The notes below the pieces were generated by a model. That model did no database searches and was not told where the DNA came from. It saw nothing but the letters and a program-made list of their open reading frames with translations. A stretch of 64,000 nt of DNA. Origin: Raja brachyura. Lineage: Eukaryota. The stretch lies in assembly GCA_963514005.1 (NCBI GenBank), contig OY740783.1, positions 71,176,001 through 71,240,000 on the forward strand, written 5' to 3'. Of this stretch, positions 1-13,079 are shown piece after piece; position 1 is the first letter of the stretch; the number at the start of each line of letters is the position of its first letter. The position numbers and the translations under genes are program-made.

Positions 1-3000
1 TTAATGGTTGACAGCATGAACAACAACTGACAAAGGTATCAGACAAAACCTTTTGACTGCCTAGCAATGGCAGAGGCATCGCTCAGAACCACAGCAACAA
101 AGATACCATTCAACTAATTCCTGACACAATTCAGGCTGTTTCCCAACACATGGTTTCCATAAGTCTCCTATGATCCAAAACACAGGGCTGTTATCCGTGG
201 TGGGCATGCTAAAACATTCCCAGATTTAACAATTAACCTTGAACTCCAGGACGTAGTTTACTGCAGGTTACTTGGGAGGCAGCACATAATTTTGTCTCTC
301 CAAAAGATAAAAAATATTGTAATATCAGACCAACCCACACTTGTTAAAAATATTAGTTACATACATTTATAGCTTAATTACTATATAAAATGAAAATGAT
401 ACTACAAGGCTTTAAAACAGCATTCTACTTTTCCCGATAGGGGTGATTGCTATTGCCAATGTGAACCATGCTGATAAGGGACTGACAGATTAATTAACCT
501 GTAATTTTCCTTTAGTCCTAACATTGCATTGTATTGGTGCAACAACTTAACTTTCATGCCTAGATCAGCTCAGTATGTATTCGGAACAGTATATGACTTT
601 CCATTATTTACAACAATATCTGTTACACATTCAAACTCACCTTACTGGAACAAGGTTGAGGAAATGTATATATGTGAGCTCTTAAAATTGTTTTTCCATT
701 TTCATTCTGATGGATTTTTTTTTTAAAGAACCAACTTTTGGTTATCTTGGGGACCTCCATCAATTTTATGAGTTTCTTGATCAAGGTTATCTTTTACCAA
801 TGTTCTTGCAGAACATCCAATCATTTATTTGCAAACAATAAACATTTGAACGTTGTTTGGAAACCTCAAGAAGCTCAATGCAATTATAACATTTATTGAA
901 CTTAAGAAGAGGAAAATGCAAAATAGGATCAGCTATGAAAAAGGCTATTACTGTAGAAATATTCAGCCCAATTCATTGAGCAATTCAACAGCATATCACA
1001 GGGTCGTTAGAGAGGTTAGTATGACAATTTAAAACTATTAATAGAGAATGCTTTGAAAGTCTCGCAGTTACTAATTCAGGGTCAAAGTACCACGAACTGA
1101 AAGGAGAAATACCAAAGAGATCAACAGGCATCAAAACCAAATGACCAATAGAGAGTATCCTGCCTATCAACCATACTGGCAATCACTGTGCATTTATATA
1201 GATTTTCAATAGCATTTATGTAGTCTTGGGGTTGCTGTCAGCTATGATCGCTTGTACAGGAATGGCGAGTGTTCTCTCTTCAATATTTTTCCATTGAGCA
1301 TCATATTATGTAGGTATGTTACAAAACTTACCTTTAGCGGTGCTGCAGTTCTGTCACTGGCCGTGTGCGCGACTATGGCGCCTTTAGGGGGGGGGGGGGG
1401 TTAAAATGCGGTTTTTCCCTTGCCATCCGGAGCTTTCTTTTTTCGGAGTGCGATCTATTTCTGGAGATTCGTTCCGACTGCCGGTAAGTTAATTTGTTTT
1501 AATAAATAGCCCGACTATTTCAACGCTGCAGTAAAATAAAAATTACCTCCTAATGCCGTGAACGCCGACAATGGGACCGATTTTACGTTGGGGACAGGTA
1601 AGTGAAAGCTGTTTATTTTTTCATATAAACCTGCTTTTTTAGATGACTTTAATCAATATTTCATGTTGCGAAACGGTGATTTAGTCCCCATATGAACCGG
1701 CAGAATTTTTCCTGCTGATATTGGGTTTAAATTCACCACAACCGCAGGAATGGGTGACGTGTCGAGACCCTTCTTCAGACTGAGAGTCAGAGGAGAGAGA
1801 CGTAAGGAAGGTAGAAACAAAAAGCTGGTGGAACTCAGCAGGACAGGCAGCATCTCTGGAGAGAAGGAAGGGTGACGTTTCATATTGAGAGCCTTCTTCA
1901 GACGGGTATGGTGTGAAAACGACAGATCAGAGCAGATAAAGAAATGCGGAATAGTTCATTGTGACTTGAGAGGAAGGTGACAACGTGACATTCAATCAGT
2001 AATATTTAACCAGGAGGGCAGTAAAACTAGTTGGAGAACTTGATGTGAGTGAGAGGGAAAGCAAGGGTTACTTGAAGTTACTTTTTCTCTGCCATCTTTA
2101 GAAAGACTGAAATATACAGGTATACAAAAATATTTGTATTTGAATTAAATTCCGGTTTTATTTCCCAGCAAAAAGATTGATGTGTATACAACAAAAGAAT
2201 CTACAAGGATCAACATATTTTGAAAAATGTTCATCAGTTTCTAACTTATCGTATTATATTTGGCAGCAGTAGATTTCATCTGTTGGAGTGCAGGTTAAGA
2301 ATAACATGTAGAGCTGCCTATAAAGAGAGCAGTCATTTATCATGGCATTGCTATCTAACTCTTGTCAGACCACACTTCCTCAAACAAAACACAAAGGGCT
2401 GGAATAACTCATTTGTTGAAGGAATGGATAGGCGATGTTATAGGTCAGGACTATTCTTCACAGATGCTTCCTGACCCACTGAGATATTCCAGCATGTTGT
2501 GTTTTGCTCAAGATTCCAGTATCTGCAGTTCCTTATGTTTCCATTTTATTGCAGCACTGCAAAATCGCCTCAAAGTATGCCTGATATTGAAGAATCTCCT
2601 CCTCTCTCTGCTCCCCCTCCGATTCCTGTTGCTCTCCTGCTGATTGACCATGTTCTGACCCAAACTCACTGCCACAGCCAAATGTGCTTCTTCAGCACTT
2701 GCTTGTGCTGCCATCTTGTCCCATGTAGCTTCCAACATCATTGCCAGGGTCTGAAGGAAGATCCAGGCACAAAACATTGCCCATCCATTCCCTCCACGAT
2801 GCTGCCTGATTGGTTGAGTTATTCCACCTCTTTTTCTTTTCCTCACGATTCCAGCATTTGCAGGGACCAATGTAGCACAGAAGGGAAAATATTATTTGGG
2901 GATTATGCCCATACCAGCTGCTGCCAACATTTATAATATTTCCAAAACTGAACATTGACACTTTTGTTTTCATTCTGATATCTGCATTTTCGTCTAAATC

Positions 3001-3589
3001 CTTTGCATGATTTTAACATTATTTTTTGATATCAAAATATCTGTTCTGTCACATCCATCGGTTGTCCCATAAGGAGATGAAAATCACCATCTGCATCATT
3101 GATGAAAACTGAGTTTTCTGCAAACTCAACATCTTCCAAGATGACAGTCAATGCAAAATTCCAAGTGCAATCATGCAGTGTAAGTATATGTATGTAAAAT
3201 GCCTTCAAGAAATAGTTTGCACCATGTGATATGACTCTAGACATACTGCTATAGCCAAATTCATAATTGAATTTAAGAGCTATTGTTTTCAATTTAACAA
3301 AATTCTGTTTGTACCTCTATTTCTGTTTATTTTCTCCTGTAAATTTCAAGAGAAAGGAATGTCCAGATATACTATTGTTAGTGTAGATGGAATATAGCTG
3401 TCTGAAGGAGCAGAAAACTAGAATTTAGTGCAAGGAAGAATAGAACAGAGTTCTTGAAGTAGAGCAGTGAGGATAGCAGGCAGTGAACGTGGTCGATCCA
3501 TCGACAAAACTCAGTCATTTTGCCTGTATATTGAATGTTGTAATGGAAATGTTGTAATGAAAATTAAAATAGTAGCCTTGGTGGAAGGC

Positions 3590-4340
3590 ACAAAATAGAG
3601 AGGAACTGTGATCTGTGAAGAGTAGGCAAGGTAAAGGAAAATCCTATGAGACTTTACAGGTATAATAAGAGCAAAAGGGTGGCTAGGTTCCCTTAAGGGT
3701 CAGCATGGTCATCTTTGTGTAGAGCCACAAGAGATGGGCAGATATTAAATAATACCTCATTCATTTTTACTGAGGATAAGATCATGGAAGTTAAGGAATT
3801 AAGACTGTGATATCTTAAGGCACTTATGAATTATTAAAGAGAAGGTATTGGCAGTTTTAAAGCACATTATGGTAGATAAATCTGTAAGGCCTGACCAAGT
3901 ACATCCTCTGATATGGGAAGCTGGGGTGATATTATAGAAGTCCTTGTAGAAATATTTGCATTATATTTAGTCAAAGGTGAAATTCCAGAAGACTGAAAGG
4001 TGGCTAATATTGTCCTGCTATTTAAGAAAGGTGGCAAGGACACACCAGAAAATTATTGGCCAGTGAGCCTGAGGGCAATGGTGGGGTTTTGTTGGAGAGG
4101 ATTCTTAGGGTTTAGTTTAGTTTATTGTCACGTGTACAGACAGGATCCGGATCTATCAGCATTTGGATAGGCATGTACTGATTAGGAAGAGACAGCAGGC
4201 CTTTTGTGATAGAGAAACATGGCCTCAGTGAGGCCTTTGATAAGGACCCGCATGCAGGCTAGTCTGGAAGGATAGGGAGGATGGAATGCAAGATGAGAGA
4301 AAATTTGAGTATCCATTGGCTTGGAGGAAGGAGTCAAAGG
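3590..4340 (+). mobile_element. Decayed CR1 LINE ORF2 fragment
   Basis: Remnants of KSPGPD, PEDW.VANIV.LFKKG and NY.PVSL coding. Confidence 0.7.
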
Positions 4341-5869
4341 GCATGTTATGGAGGACAAAGAATATAAAGTGCTGGAATAACTCAGCGGGTCAAGTAGAAT
4401 CTCTGGATAGCATGGATGTGACGTTTCGAGTCGGGACTCATCTTCAGACTGATTGGAGATGGAGGGTGGAGAAAGCAGGGAGGGTGGAGAGGCATGACAA
4501 AGTGTGCCAGGTCATAGGTGAACACAAGCAAAGGGCGTTTTGATAGTCACGTGATCGGAACAAGAGATTAAAAAAGGAATGAACTCTTGTGAATTGTGAA
4601 GCCACATTAAGGAATGAGTGGATAAAAAGAAGCAAGTTCAGGTGGAAGGTGGGGTGTTAGCTTATCCTACATACGGGGGACAATTTATAAATTTTTTACT
4701 GAAGCCAAGTAGCCTACAAACCTGTACGTCTTTGGAGCATAGGGCCACGTCAGCGATATAGCTCTGCCAAACGAGCAGTGATCCTGGCTGGACAGGTGGG
4801 AGTGGGAAAGTAACACAAGGGCAGAGGGTACCCGGAATTCGAAAAATCATCATTCCATTAGGCAGTCGCCATCTTTCCTACCTCTCCCTCACCTGGTTCC
4901 ATCAACCCATCATCCTTTCCTTATTTGGTTCCACTTATCATCTACCTCTGTCTCGACCTCACTGGGCTCCATCTACCATTTTTTTTCTCTTTCTAAACGT
5001 TTTTTACTTATCACCTATCAGTCGCTGCATTGACACTCACCCCTCCCTTCTCCCCATTTGCACCTCTACCTACCTATCAATCTCTGTTTCAGCCCTCCCT
5101 CTCATTTCTATAAACTGGCTAGCTTCCCTCTATTCTCTCAGTCCTAATGCAGTGTCTCGACCTGAAACATTAACCATTAATTTTCCTCCACAGATGCTGC
5201 TTCACCCATTGCATTCTCCCAGGAGTTTTTTTAAAATTCCAGTATCTGTTGTCTTTTGTAACTCCACCAACATTTTCAGTTCCTTGACTGGATATTTCAG
5301 ACATGTCAAGGACTGCCTGCAGTGAAAGATTTGGTAAATGAAGAAACCAAGCGGTGGAGTGAATTTATTGTTGGCTGAACTTACAACTACATTTTGAAAT
5401 TAATGTTTAACCGCTTATATAACTTCATATGTGTAAAGATTTAATTGATTGCATGGGGTTATTTCTTGAAAGAGCAGACAGAACTTAATTTAATCCTTAA
5501 TTCAAAAGACAGTGCCGCACATGAATGTCTGGGTCAATTTTTGCACACTGTGAACAGGGGGAGGTGGGATTGCCTCAGAAGGGAGAGGACTATTAATCTA
5601 TGAAGCTGAAACAGTGAAGGCAACAAAAGTCCTGCCTGGTAAAATGCCAAAGTATGATAAGTAACAGGTGATCAAAACAAAAACCCAGATGCTGGGAGTG
5701 GAAATGAAAATGAAAATTGAAAACGTGAAAATGCGAAAATGCTGGAAATGCACAACAGGACGGGCAGCAGCTGAAGAAAGATAAACTGTTATTGTTCAGG
5801 TTGATGATTGTTCTTCAGGTGAGAGCACATCAATCTAAGACAAACAATTCTCTATCAAATTCTTCACAA

Positions 5870-6480
5870 AAGTTAACACAAAGTGCTAGAGTAATTCAGT
5901 GGGTCAGGCAGTATCTCTGGTGAACATGGAGAGGTGGCGTTTTGGGTCGGGACCCCTCTTCAGGTACTGTGGGGGTTGGGAAGGGGTGGGGGAGGCAAGA
6001 AACCTGGAAGAGAGATGTGGCAGGGCAAAGAAAGGGAGGTGAGGGTTTTTTGATGGGCAGCTGATTGGACAAAGGCCAGGGATGAAACGACAGAAGGTGT
6101 CAGGAAAGGATTGAAAAGTTGCTAATTATGAAGCTAGAGGAAGGAATGTAGGTAGAAGGGGAGGGAACAAATAGGTGGGGCTCAGGAGAGTGAAGGGGGA
6201 GGGTTGTAAAAAGGGAGGGGGTAGAAAGGGGATTTTGTGGGAGGAGTTAGCGGTTACAAAATTGGAACATTCAATTTTCTCACCAATGGGTTGTAACTGA
6301 AAATGAGGAGCTGTTTCTCCAGTTTGTGTGTGGCCTCACTCTGGAAATGGGGATGTTCAGGACAGAAAGGTTGGTATGGGAATGGGAAATAAAATGGTTA
6401 GCATCCAGGAGGTCAATAAGGCCTAGGCAGACCAAGAGCAAGCGTTCAGTGAAGCGGTTACCAAGTCTACGCTCAGACTC
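5870..6480 (-). mobile_element. Penelope-like 3' fragment with pLTR
   Basis: Similar to 8895-9300, including the endonuclease tail and the ctgaaga..gaccc motif. Confidence 0.7.
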
Positions 6481-7140
6481 TGCTGTTTCACTGAAAAATT
6501 GCGCCATATCCCATAGTATGCTTTCTTCCTCACACAGTAGACGGCTTTCCTCACAGACCATAACCACAGCAATCTTGGTTTCATCAGCAAACTTACTAAC
6601 CAACCTGCCTACATCAGAATAATTTATATATATTGCAAAGAGCAGCAGTCCCAGCACAGATCCATGCAAAACTCTACAGTTCACAGACCTCCAATCTGAA
6701 TGTTGCCCTTCCACCACAACCATCTATCTTGCATCAGTAAACCGGTTCTGAATCCATATGACCAAATGACTATTCATCTGGAGCATCTGAATCTCCTGGA
6801 TCAGCCTACCATAGGGGACTTTATCAAATGCCTTACTAAAATCCTCATAGACAATATTCACTGCCATACTCTCAGCAATCACCTTTGTCACTTCCTCAAA
6901 AAGCTTAATCAAGTTAGTAAGATACGACCTTCCAAGTATAAAGCCATGCTGACTATCCCCAATTAATCCATTCTCTTGCAAATGGGAATAAATCCCATCC
7001 CAAAGTATCCTATCCAATAGTTTCCCGAAAACTGTCATGAGGCTCACCGGCTGATATTTCCCTGGATTCTCTCTACTTCATGTCTTAAATAAAGGAATTA
7101 CATGATCTGCTCTCCAGACCCCAGGAATCTCAAGATGCAA
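6480..7140 (-). mobile_element. Decayed CR1 LINE RT fragment
   Basis: ORFs 6724-7047 and 6280-6723 contain SQHGF, DFSKAFDKVP, GSVLG and SKFADE. Confidence 0.85.
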
Positions 7141-7989
7141 AGATCTTTGTCCTCTCTTCCAATCTTTTGTCTCACACCTTCTGTCTTTTGATCCCTGGCA
7201 TTTGACCAACCTACTGCCTATGAAAAGCCCCCCTCACCTGTCTTCACCCAATACGTGCGTATGAAGGAAGAGCAAATGCTTGTTTACACCAAGTTCACCT
7301 ATTATCTGCCAGGCTTTGTCCTGTCCCTCTTCTCTTTCAGTTTTCCTACCCCCTCCCCCCCCTACAATCAGTCTGAAGAAGGGTCCCAAACCAAAATGTC
7401 TCCTATTCATATCCTCTAGAGATGATGACTGACCCACTGAGTTACTCCAGCACTTTGTGTTATTTTTTGTAAACCAGCATATGCAGTTCTTTGTTTCAAT
7501 ATTCTCTCAGAAGCTGCCTGACTTGCAAGATACTTCCAGCATGTTCTGCTTTATTTATAATTATCAGGTAGTATGGGTCATTTTCCGATCTTTTCTCCTC
7601 TAGGAGATATTCATGGTCATGGAAAGAAAATCTACTCTCTCAATGGGTTCATGCATTTTATTCAGCAACATTAATGGTGTCCAATGCACCAATTTATGGA
7701 ATCATAAAAAAGTATCTGCCATATACATATACTGTAGCTTTCTAATAGAACCAACCTTATCCAAGATCATATGGGTGTCCATGTCTTTTAGAACCTGATG
7801 AATGTTTCTGCACACAGATGATAAATTAACATAAAATTATGCAAACATTTGTGGCCTTCAAACCAACCTGTCAACTAATGGTTAAGAAATCAAAAGTAGA
7901 CAAAAAAATGCTGAGACAAAGAAACTCAGTGGGTGAGGCAGCATCTATGGAGAAAAAGAGTAGGCAACCTTTCAGGTCGAGGCACTTAT

Positions 7990-8595
7990 AACCATGTAAC
8001 CATATAACAATTACAGCACGGATACAGGCCTTCTCGGCCTTTCCAGTCCGTGCTGACCATTTATTTTCCCCTAGTCCCATCTACCTGCACTCAGACCATA
8101 CCCCTCCATTCCCTTCCCGTCTATAGACCTATCCACTTTACTTTTAAATGTTAAAATCGATCCTGCCTCCACCACTTCTGCAGGAAGATCATTCCACACA
8201 GTCACCGCTCTCTGAGTATAGAAGTTCCCCCTCATGTTACCCCTAAACTTCTGTCCCTTAATTCTCATGTCATGCCCTCTTGTTTGAATCTTTCCTACCC
8301 TCAATGGGAAAAGCTTATCGATGTCAACTCTGTCTATCCCTTTCATCATTTTAAAGACCTCAATCAAGTCCCCCCTTAACTTTCTGCACTCCAAAGAATA
8401 AAGACCTAACTTGTTCAACCTTTCTCTGTAACTTAGTTGCTGGAACCCAGGCAACATTCTAGTAAATCTCCTCTATTTTGTTGACATCCTTCCTATAATT
8501 AGGCGACTAAAATTGTACACCATACTCCAGAATTGGTCTTACCAATGCCTTGTATAATTTTAACATTACTTCCCTACTCCTATATTCAATGTCTA
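7990..8595 (-). mobile_element. CR1 LINE 3' end (family also at 34160-34895)
   Basis: ORF 8071-8457 has LSYRERL..LGLYSLE..LRGDLIEVFK; short tandem tail. Confidence 0.92.
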
Positions 8596-8620
8596 CAGGC
8601 ATTGTACAATTCACTTCTAC

Positions 8621-8715
8621 AGACTGAAGAAGGGTCTCGACCCGAAACGTCACCTACTCCTTTTCTCCAAAGATGTTGTCTCACCCGCTGAGTTTCTCCA
8701 GCATTTTTGTCCACT
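8621..8715 (+). repeat. Penelope pLTR-derived repeat with minimal hammerhead core
   Basis: CTGAAGA-A-GGGTC-TC-GACCC-GAAAC-GTC at 8624-8651. Related copies at ~1760, 1875, 4420, 5940, 7372, 8965, 15130, 16780, 16803, 27322, 30875, 37790, 47360, 51885 and 60745. Confidence 0.7.
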
Positions 8716-8894
8716 GTCACCTAGTAGTGAATGCTGCAGACTCTGACAGCTGCTACATTTTCCGGGCTTTAATATTCATGCTGGGATCAAGACATTTTGC
8801 TGCTGTGCACCAATATTTTGCATTCTGTTAAAAATCCACATTAAATTTATACACCATGAGATAATCTTGACTTTAAATGATACTGTATATTAAG

Positions 8895-10348
8895 TAAGGT
8901 AGACCAAAATGCTGGAGAAACTCAGGGGGTGAGGCAGCATCTATGGAGCAAAGGAAAGAGGCGACATTTCGGGTTGAGACCCTTCTTCAGACTGATGTGG
9001 GGGTGGGGGAGCAGGAAGAAGAAAGGAAGAGGCGGAGATAGTGGGCTGTGGGATAGCTGGGAAGGGGAAGGAAGAAGCAGGGACTACCTGAAATTGGAGG
9101 TCACTCTGGCCTCCTTTCTGTCCTGGAGGAGGCCCAGGACAGAAAGGTCAGATTTGGAATGGGAGGGGGGAGTTGAAGTGCTGAGCCACCAGGAGATCAG
9201 GTTGGTTATTGCAAACCGAGCGGACGTGTTGGACGAAGTGATCGCCAAACCTACACTTGATCTCACCGATGTAGAGCAGCTGACATCTAGAGCAGCGGAT
9301 GCAATAGATGAGGTTGGATGAGGTGCAGGTGAACCTCTGCCACACCTGGAAAGACTGCTTAGGTCCTTGGATGGAGTCAAGGGGGGGGGGGGGGGGGGGG
9401 TAAGGCGACAAGTGTACTTCCTGCGGTTGCAAGGGGAAGTACCAGAAAAGGGGGTGGTTTGGGTGGGAAGGGACAAATTGACCAGGGAGTTACGGAGGGA
9501 GCAGTCTCTGCGGAAAGCCGAAATGGGAGGAGATGGGAAGATGTGGCCAGTGGTGGGATCCCGTTGGAGGTGGTGAAAATGTCAGAGGATTATCTGTTGT
9601 ATGTGATGGCTGGTAGAGTAGAAGGTGAGGACAAGGAGGACTCTGCCCTTGTTACGAGTGGGTAGGATGGGGAGTGAGAGCAGTATGGAAGAGACCCTGG
9701 TGAGAGCCTCATCTATAGTAGAAGAGGGGAACCCCCATTCCCTAAAGAATGAGGACATCTCCGATGCCCTGGTTTGGAACACCTCATCCTGGGTGCAGAT
9801 GCGACATAGACGGAGGAATAGGGAGTAGGGGATGGAGTCCTTACAAGAAGCAGGGTGGGAAGAAGTGTAGTCCAGATAGCCATGGGAGTCAGTGGGCTCA
9901 TAGTAGATATCAGTCAGTAGTCTGTCACCTGCGATGGAGATAGTGAGGTCAAGAAACAGTAGGGAGATGTCAGAAATGATCCAGGTGTATTTGAGTGCCG
10001 GATGGAAGTTAGTGGTGAAATGGATGAAGTCAGTGAGTTGTGTGTGGGTGCAGGAGGTAGCACCAATGCAGTCATCGATGTAGCGGAGGTAGAGTTCGGG
10101 GATAGGGCTACGGTATGCCTCAAACAAGGATTGTTTCACGTACCCTACAAATAGGTAGGCATAGCTTGGGCCCTTGCGCGTGCCAATAGCAACACCTGGG
10201 ATTTGGAGTATTCAAACGAAAAGTTGCTAAGGGTAAGGACCAGCTCCACTAGGCGGAGGAGAGTATCGATAGGCGGGGATTGGTTAGTTCTACGGTCGTG
10301 GAAGAAACGGAGGGCTTTAAGACGCTCCTGGTGGGAGATGAAGGTGTA
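8895..10348 (-). mobile_element. Penelope-like element, 5'-truncated and decayed (RT C-terminus + GIY-YIG endonuclease + pLTR)
   Basis: ORF 9582-10139 has YLRYIDD and SHP..CKDSIPYS. ORF 9148-9432 has NLIYCIRC..C.LLYIGE. Hammerhead-like pLTR at ~8960-8995. Confidence 0.9.
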
Positions 10349-10674
10349 TCTGCATAGATTTGAAATAATTACTTAATTAGTACCTGCTGAACCAGTAGTG
10401 AATGGAACATCCAGGAATTGTCTGAGGTTGACCATTGATATTTTAACACATTTACTTTTTGAACTGTCACGTACAATTAGGTCATTCACTTTATGCAATT
10501 ATTGTTTGTCTAATTTTTTTAATGTTTTCTTCTATGTTTCGCAATAAAGGAATCAATGATAGGGAGTTATTTATTGACGAATTGCTGCAATTTAATTAAA
10601 CATCGCTTAATTCTTGGGAAACAAAGTCCTCCTGAGTCGCATGTGAGGTGAGTTTATTTAGCCCACTATGCTTC

Positions 10675-10905
10675 AATAGACAATAGACAATAGACAATAG
10701 GTGCTGGAGTAGGCCGTTCGGCCCTTCGAGTCAGCACCGACATTCAATGTGATCATGGCTGATCATCCACAATCAGTACCCTGTTCCTGCCTTCTCCCCA
10801 TATCCCTTGACTCTGCTATCTTTAAGAGCTCTATTTATCTCTCTCTTGAAAGCCTCCAGCGAACCGGCCTCCACCGCCCTCTGAGGCAGAGAATTCCACA
10901 CTCAC
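10675..10905 (-). mobile_element. CR1 3' terminal fragment with (tctattg)n tail
   Basis: Matches the 3' UTR of the other CR1 copies. Confidence 0.8.
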
Positions 10906-10974
10906 ATTATTTCCATGCTCTAATTTTTTTGCGGGTTTGGAACTATTGATCTTTTATGGTTTTCTATCCTACAT

Positions 10975-11270
10975 TAGCACAGTGGTGCAGCGGTACAGTT
11001 GCTGCCTTACAGCACCAGAGAACCGGGTTCGATATTGGCTATGGGTGCTGTCTGTATGGAGTTTGTACGTTCTCCCTGTGACCTGTGTGGGTTTTCTCTG
11101 GGAGCTCCAGTTTCCTCCCACACTCCAAAGATGTACCGGTTTGTAGACACGATTGTAGACATACACACAAATTGCCCCTAGAGTGTATAGGTTAGTGTTA
11201 GTGCGCTGGTTGGCGCTGATTCAGTGAGCAAAGGGCCCATTTCTACACTGTATCTTTAAATTAAACTAAA
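10975..11270 (+). mobile_element. tRNA-derived SINE (HE1-like)
   Basis: A box (tggtgcagcgg), B box (ggttcgat), central tgtctgtatggagtttg..ggtttcctcccaca core, CR1-like tail with (taaac)n. Confidence 0.85.
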
Positions 11271-12205
11271 TTAGATTCCTATATAACATTGCTGACTATA
11301 GATTAATACAATATATAATATCAATTTATCCATTCTTTCTTTGCCTCGGTAGAAATAAAATACTGCGCAGGCATGCTTCAGGCGATGATATTTCCCTTTT
11401 ATATCTAAGGATCCAGTTGCAAATGTGTCACTGACCTCCTCATCAGCACACTGCAACCTGTCCAGATTGCTAACAACATCTCCTCACTGACCATCAACAC
11501 AGGTGCACCTCTAGGCTGTGTACTTCACCCCTTGCTCTACTCACTTTACACCAAGAACTATGTTCAAGAGCACAGCACCAATGCCATCTACAAATTCACC
11601 AATTACACCATTGCTGTGGCCGAATCACGGATGGTGATGAGTCAGTGTACAGAAGAGGGATAGAACGTCTCGTGGAATTCATTGCCATGGATAGCTGTGG
11701 AGGCAAAGTCAATGGACCTTTTTCAGGAAGAGATTGACAGTTTCTTGATTAGTAAGGTTACCAAGGGTTATGGGGAGGAGGAGAATGGGGTTGAGAGGGA
11801 AAGATATATTAGCCATAATTGTATGGCAGAGTAGACCGAATGGCCTATTTCTGCTCCTATAACTTATGAACCTAACTGCATGACAGCATAGCAACAACCT
11901 TTTGCTCTGTGTCAACAAAACTAAGGACCTAATTATTAACTTCAGAAGGGGAAGTCCAGAGATCATGTGCCAGGTTTCATTGATGGGTCGGAGATGGAGA
12001 GAGTTAGCAGCTTCAAATTCCTGGGTGTTAACATCTTGGATGACTTGGTTTGGGCCTGGTAGATGTAATATTAAAGAGTGTCAGTAACTCCTCCTTCTAA
12101 GACGTTAAAGCAGATTAAGCATGTCACTGAATATTCTATCAAAGATCAATAGATGCACTATAGAAAGTATCCTGACGTTCCATTATGGCCTGATATGGCA
12201 ATTCC

Positions 12206-12341
12206 TCTTCTTCTTTCGTGTGGCGTGCACAGCCTAAAGTTTATGGACGACTTGTTCTATTGATCTTCCGTTTGTGCACGTCGAGTTCATTGCATTAGTC
12301 GAAACAGGGCGGACCACTTGAAGGTTGCAATTTTCCACCCC
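12206..12341 (-). mobile_element. Short non-tRNA retroposon with 5' HDV-like ribozyme, copy 1
   Basis: 13-bp TSD atat[g/a]gcaattcc at 12193-12205 and 12342-12354; (AAG)n tail; homologous to 54249-54388. Confidence 0.85.
12289..12341 (-). ncRNA. Predicted minimal HDV/CPEB3-like self-cleaving ribozyme
   Basis: P1 GGGGUGG/CCGCCCU with G1-U wobble; P2 AUUGCA/UGCAAU; P3 ACC/GGU; L3 UUCAAGU; J4/2 CUAA with candidate catalytic C at 12298. Confidence 0.75.
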
Positions 12342-13079
12342 ATATAGCAATTCCAATGCACAGGAATGCAAGAGAGGTGAACACAGCGTGGCCCATTACT
12401 GGCACATCTTTCCTTACAAATGGAACAATCTACATGAGATGCTGGCTCAAGAAGGTTTGGTTTAGTTTAGTTTATTATTATTATTGCACATGTAACGAGG
12501 ATTCATGAGGGTATAACACTTAGTGCAAGATGAAGTCCAGTAAATTCTGATTGAAGGTCTGATTTGGAGGTCTCCAATGAGTAGATGAGAGGTCAGGACC
12601 AACCCCCACATTCCAGTTCATGCACTCTTCTCTCTGCTACCATTCTGCAGGAGGTACAAATGCCGTAAGTCCCACACCACCACAGATGTAGGAGCAGCTA
12701 CTTTCCTATAACTATCAGGTTTTTGAAACAACTGGCACAACACTAGTCCTAGCTCAGTGACAGAACACGGCAGACCATCGCTTTTACGACCATGGATTGG
12801 TTTCTAATTGTGTTGTTGCACTAATGTCTTATCTGGCACTGTCTTTTTCTTTTGACCGTCTTGTGTTATATATGTATAATTTATGATAAAGTAGTTGAAA
12901 TGTTCTGTGTGTTGTCCAAATCTACATGTTGGGATGCTGCTGCAAGCAAGGTTTTCATTGTACATATACCTCATACACTTGTATATTGTATTGTAATTAA
13001 TTTATTAACCAAGTATGTAAAAACATACAAGGAATTTGTTTTGCCATACAGTCATACCAAAAAAGCAACAACACACAAC

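Larger units (their letters stand above)
11450..12760 (+). mobile_element. Decayed Rex1/Babar LINE interrupted by a CR1 3' fragment (~11670-11875) and the ribozyme retroposon
   Basis: Remnants of TGAP.GCVL.PLLYSL, KTK.LII.FR and C.IESIL. Confidence 0.7.

Noticed and set aside
2499-2936. Overlapping 120-145 aa ORFs
   Set aside because: They overlap decayed pLTR repeats and low-complexity sequence; no recognisable domain.
10975-11050. tRNA genes at SINE heads
   Set aside because: A/B boxes run into SINE bodies and no full cloverleaf is apparent.
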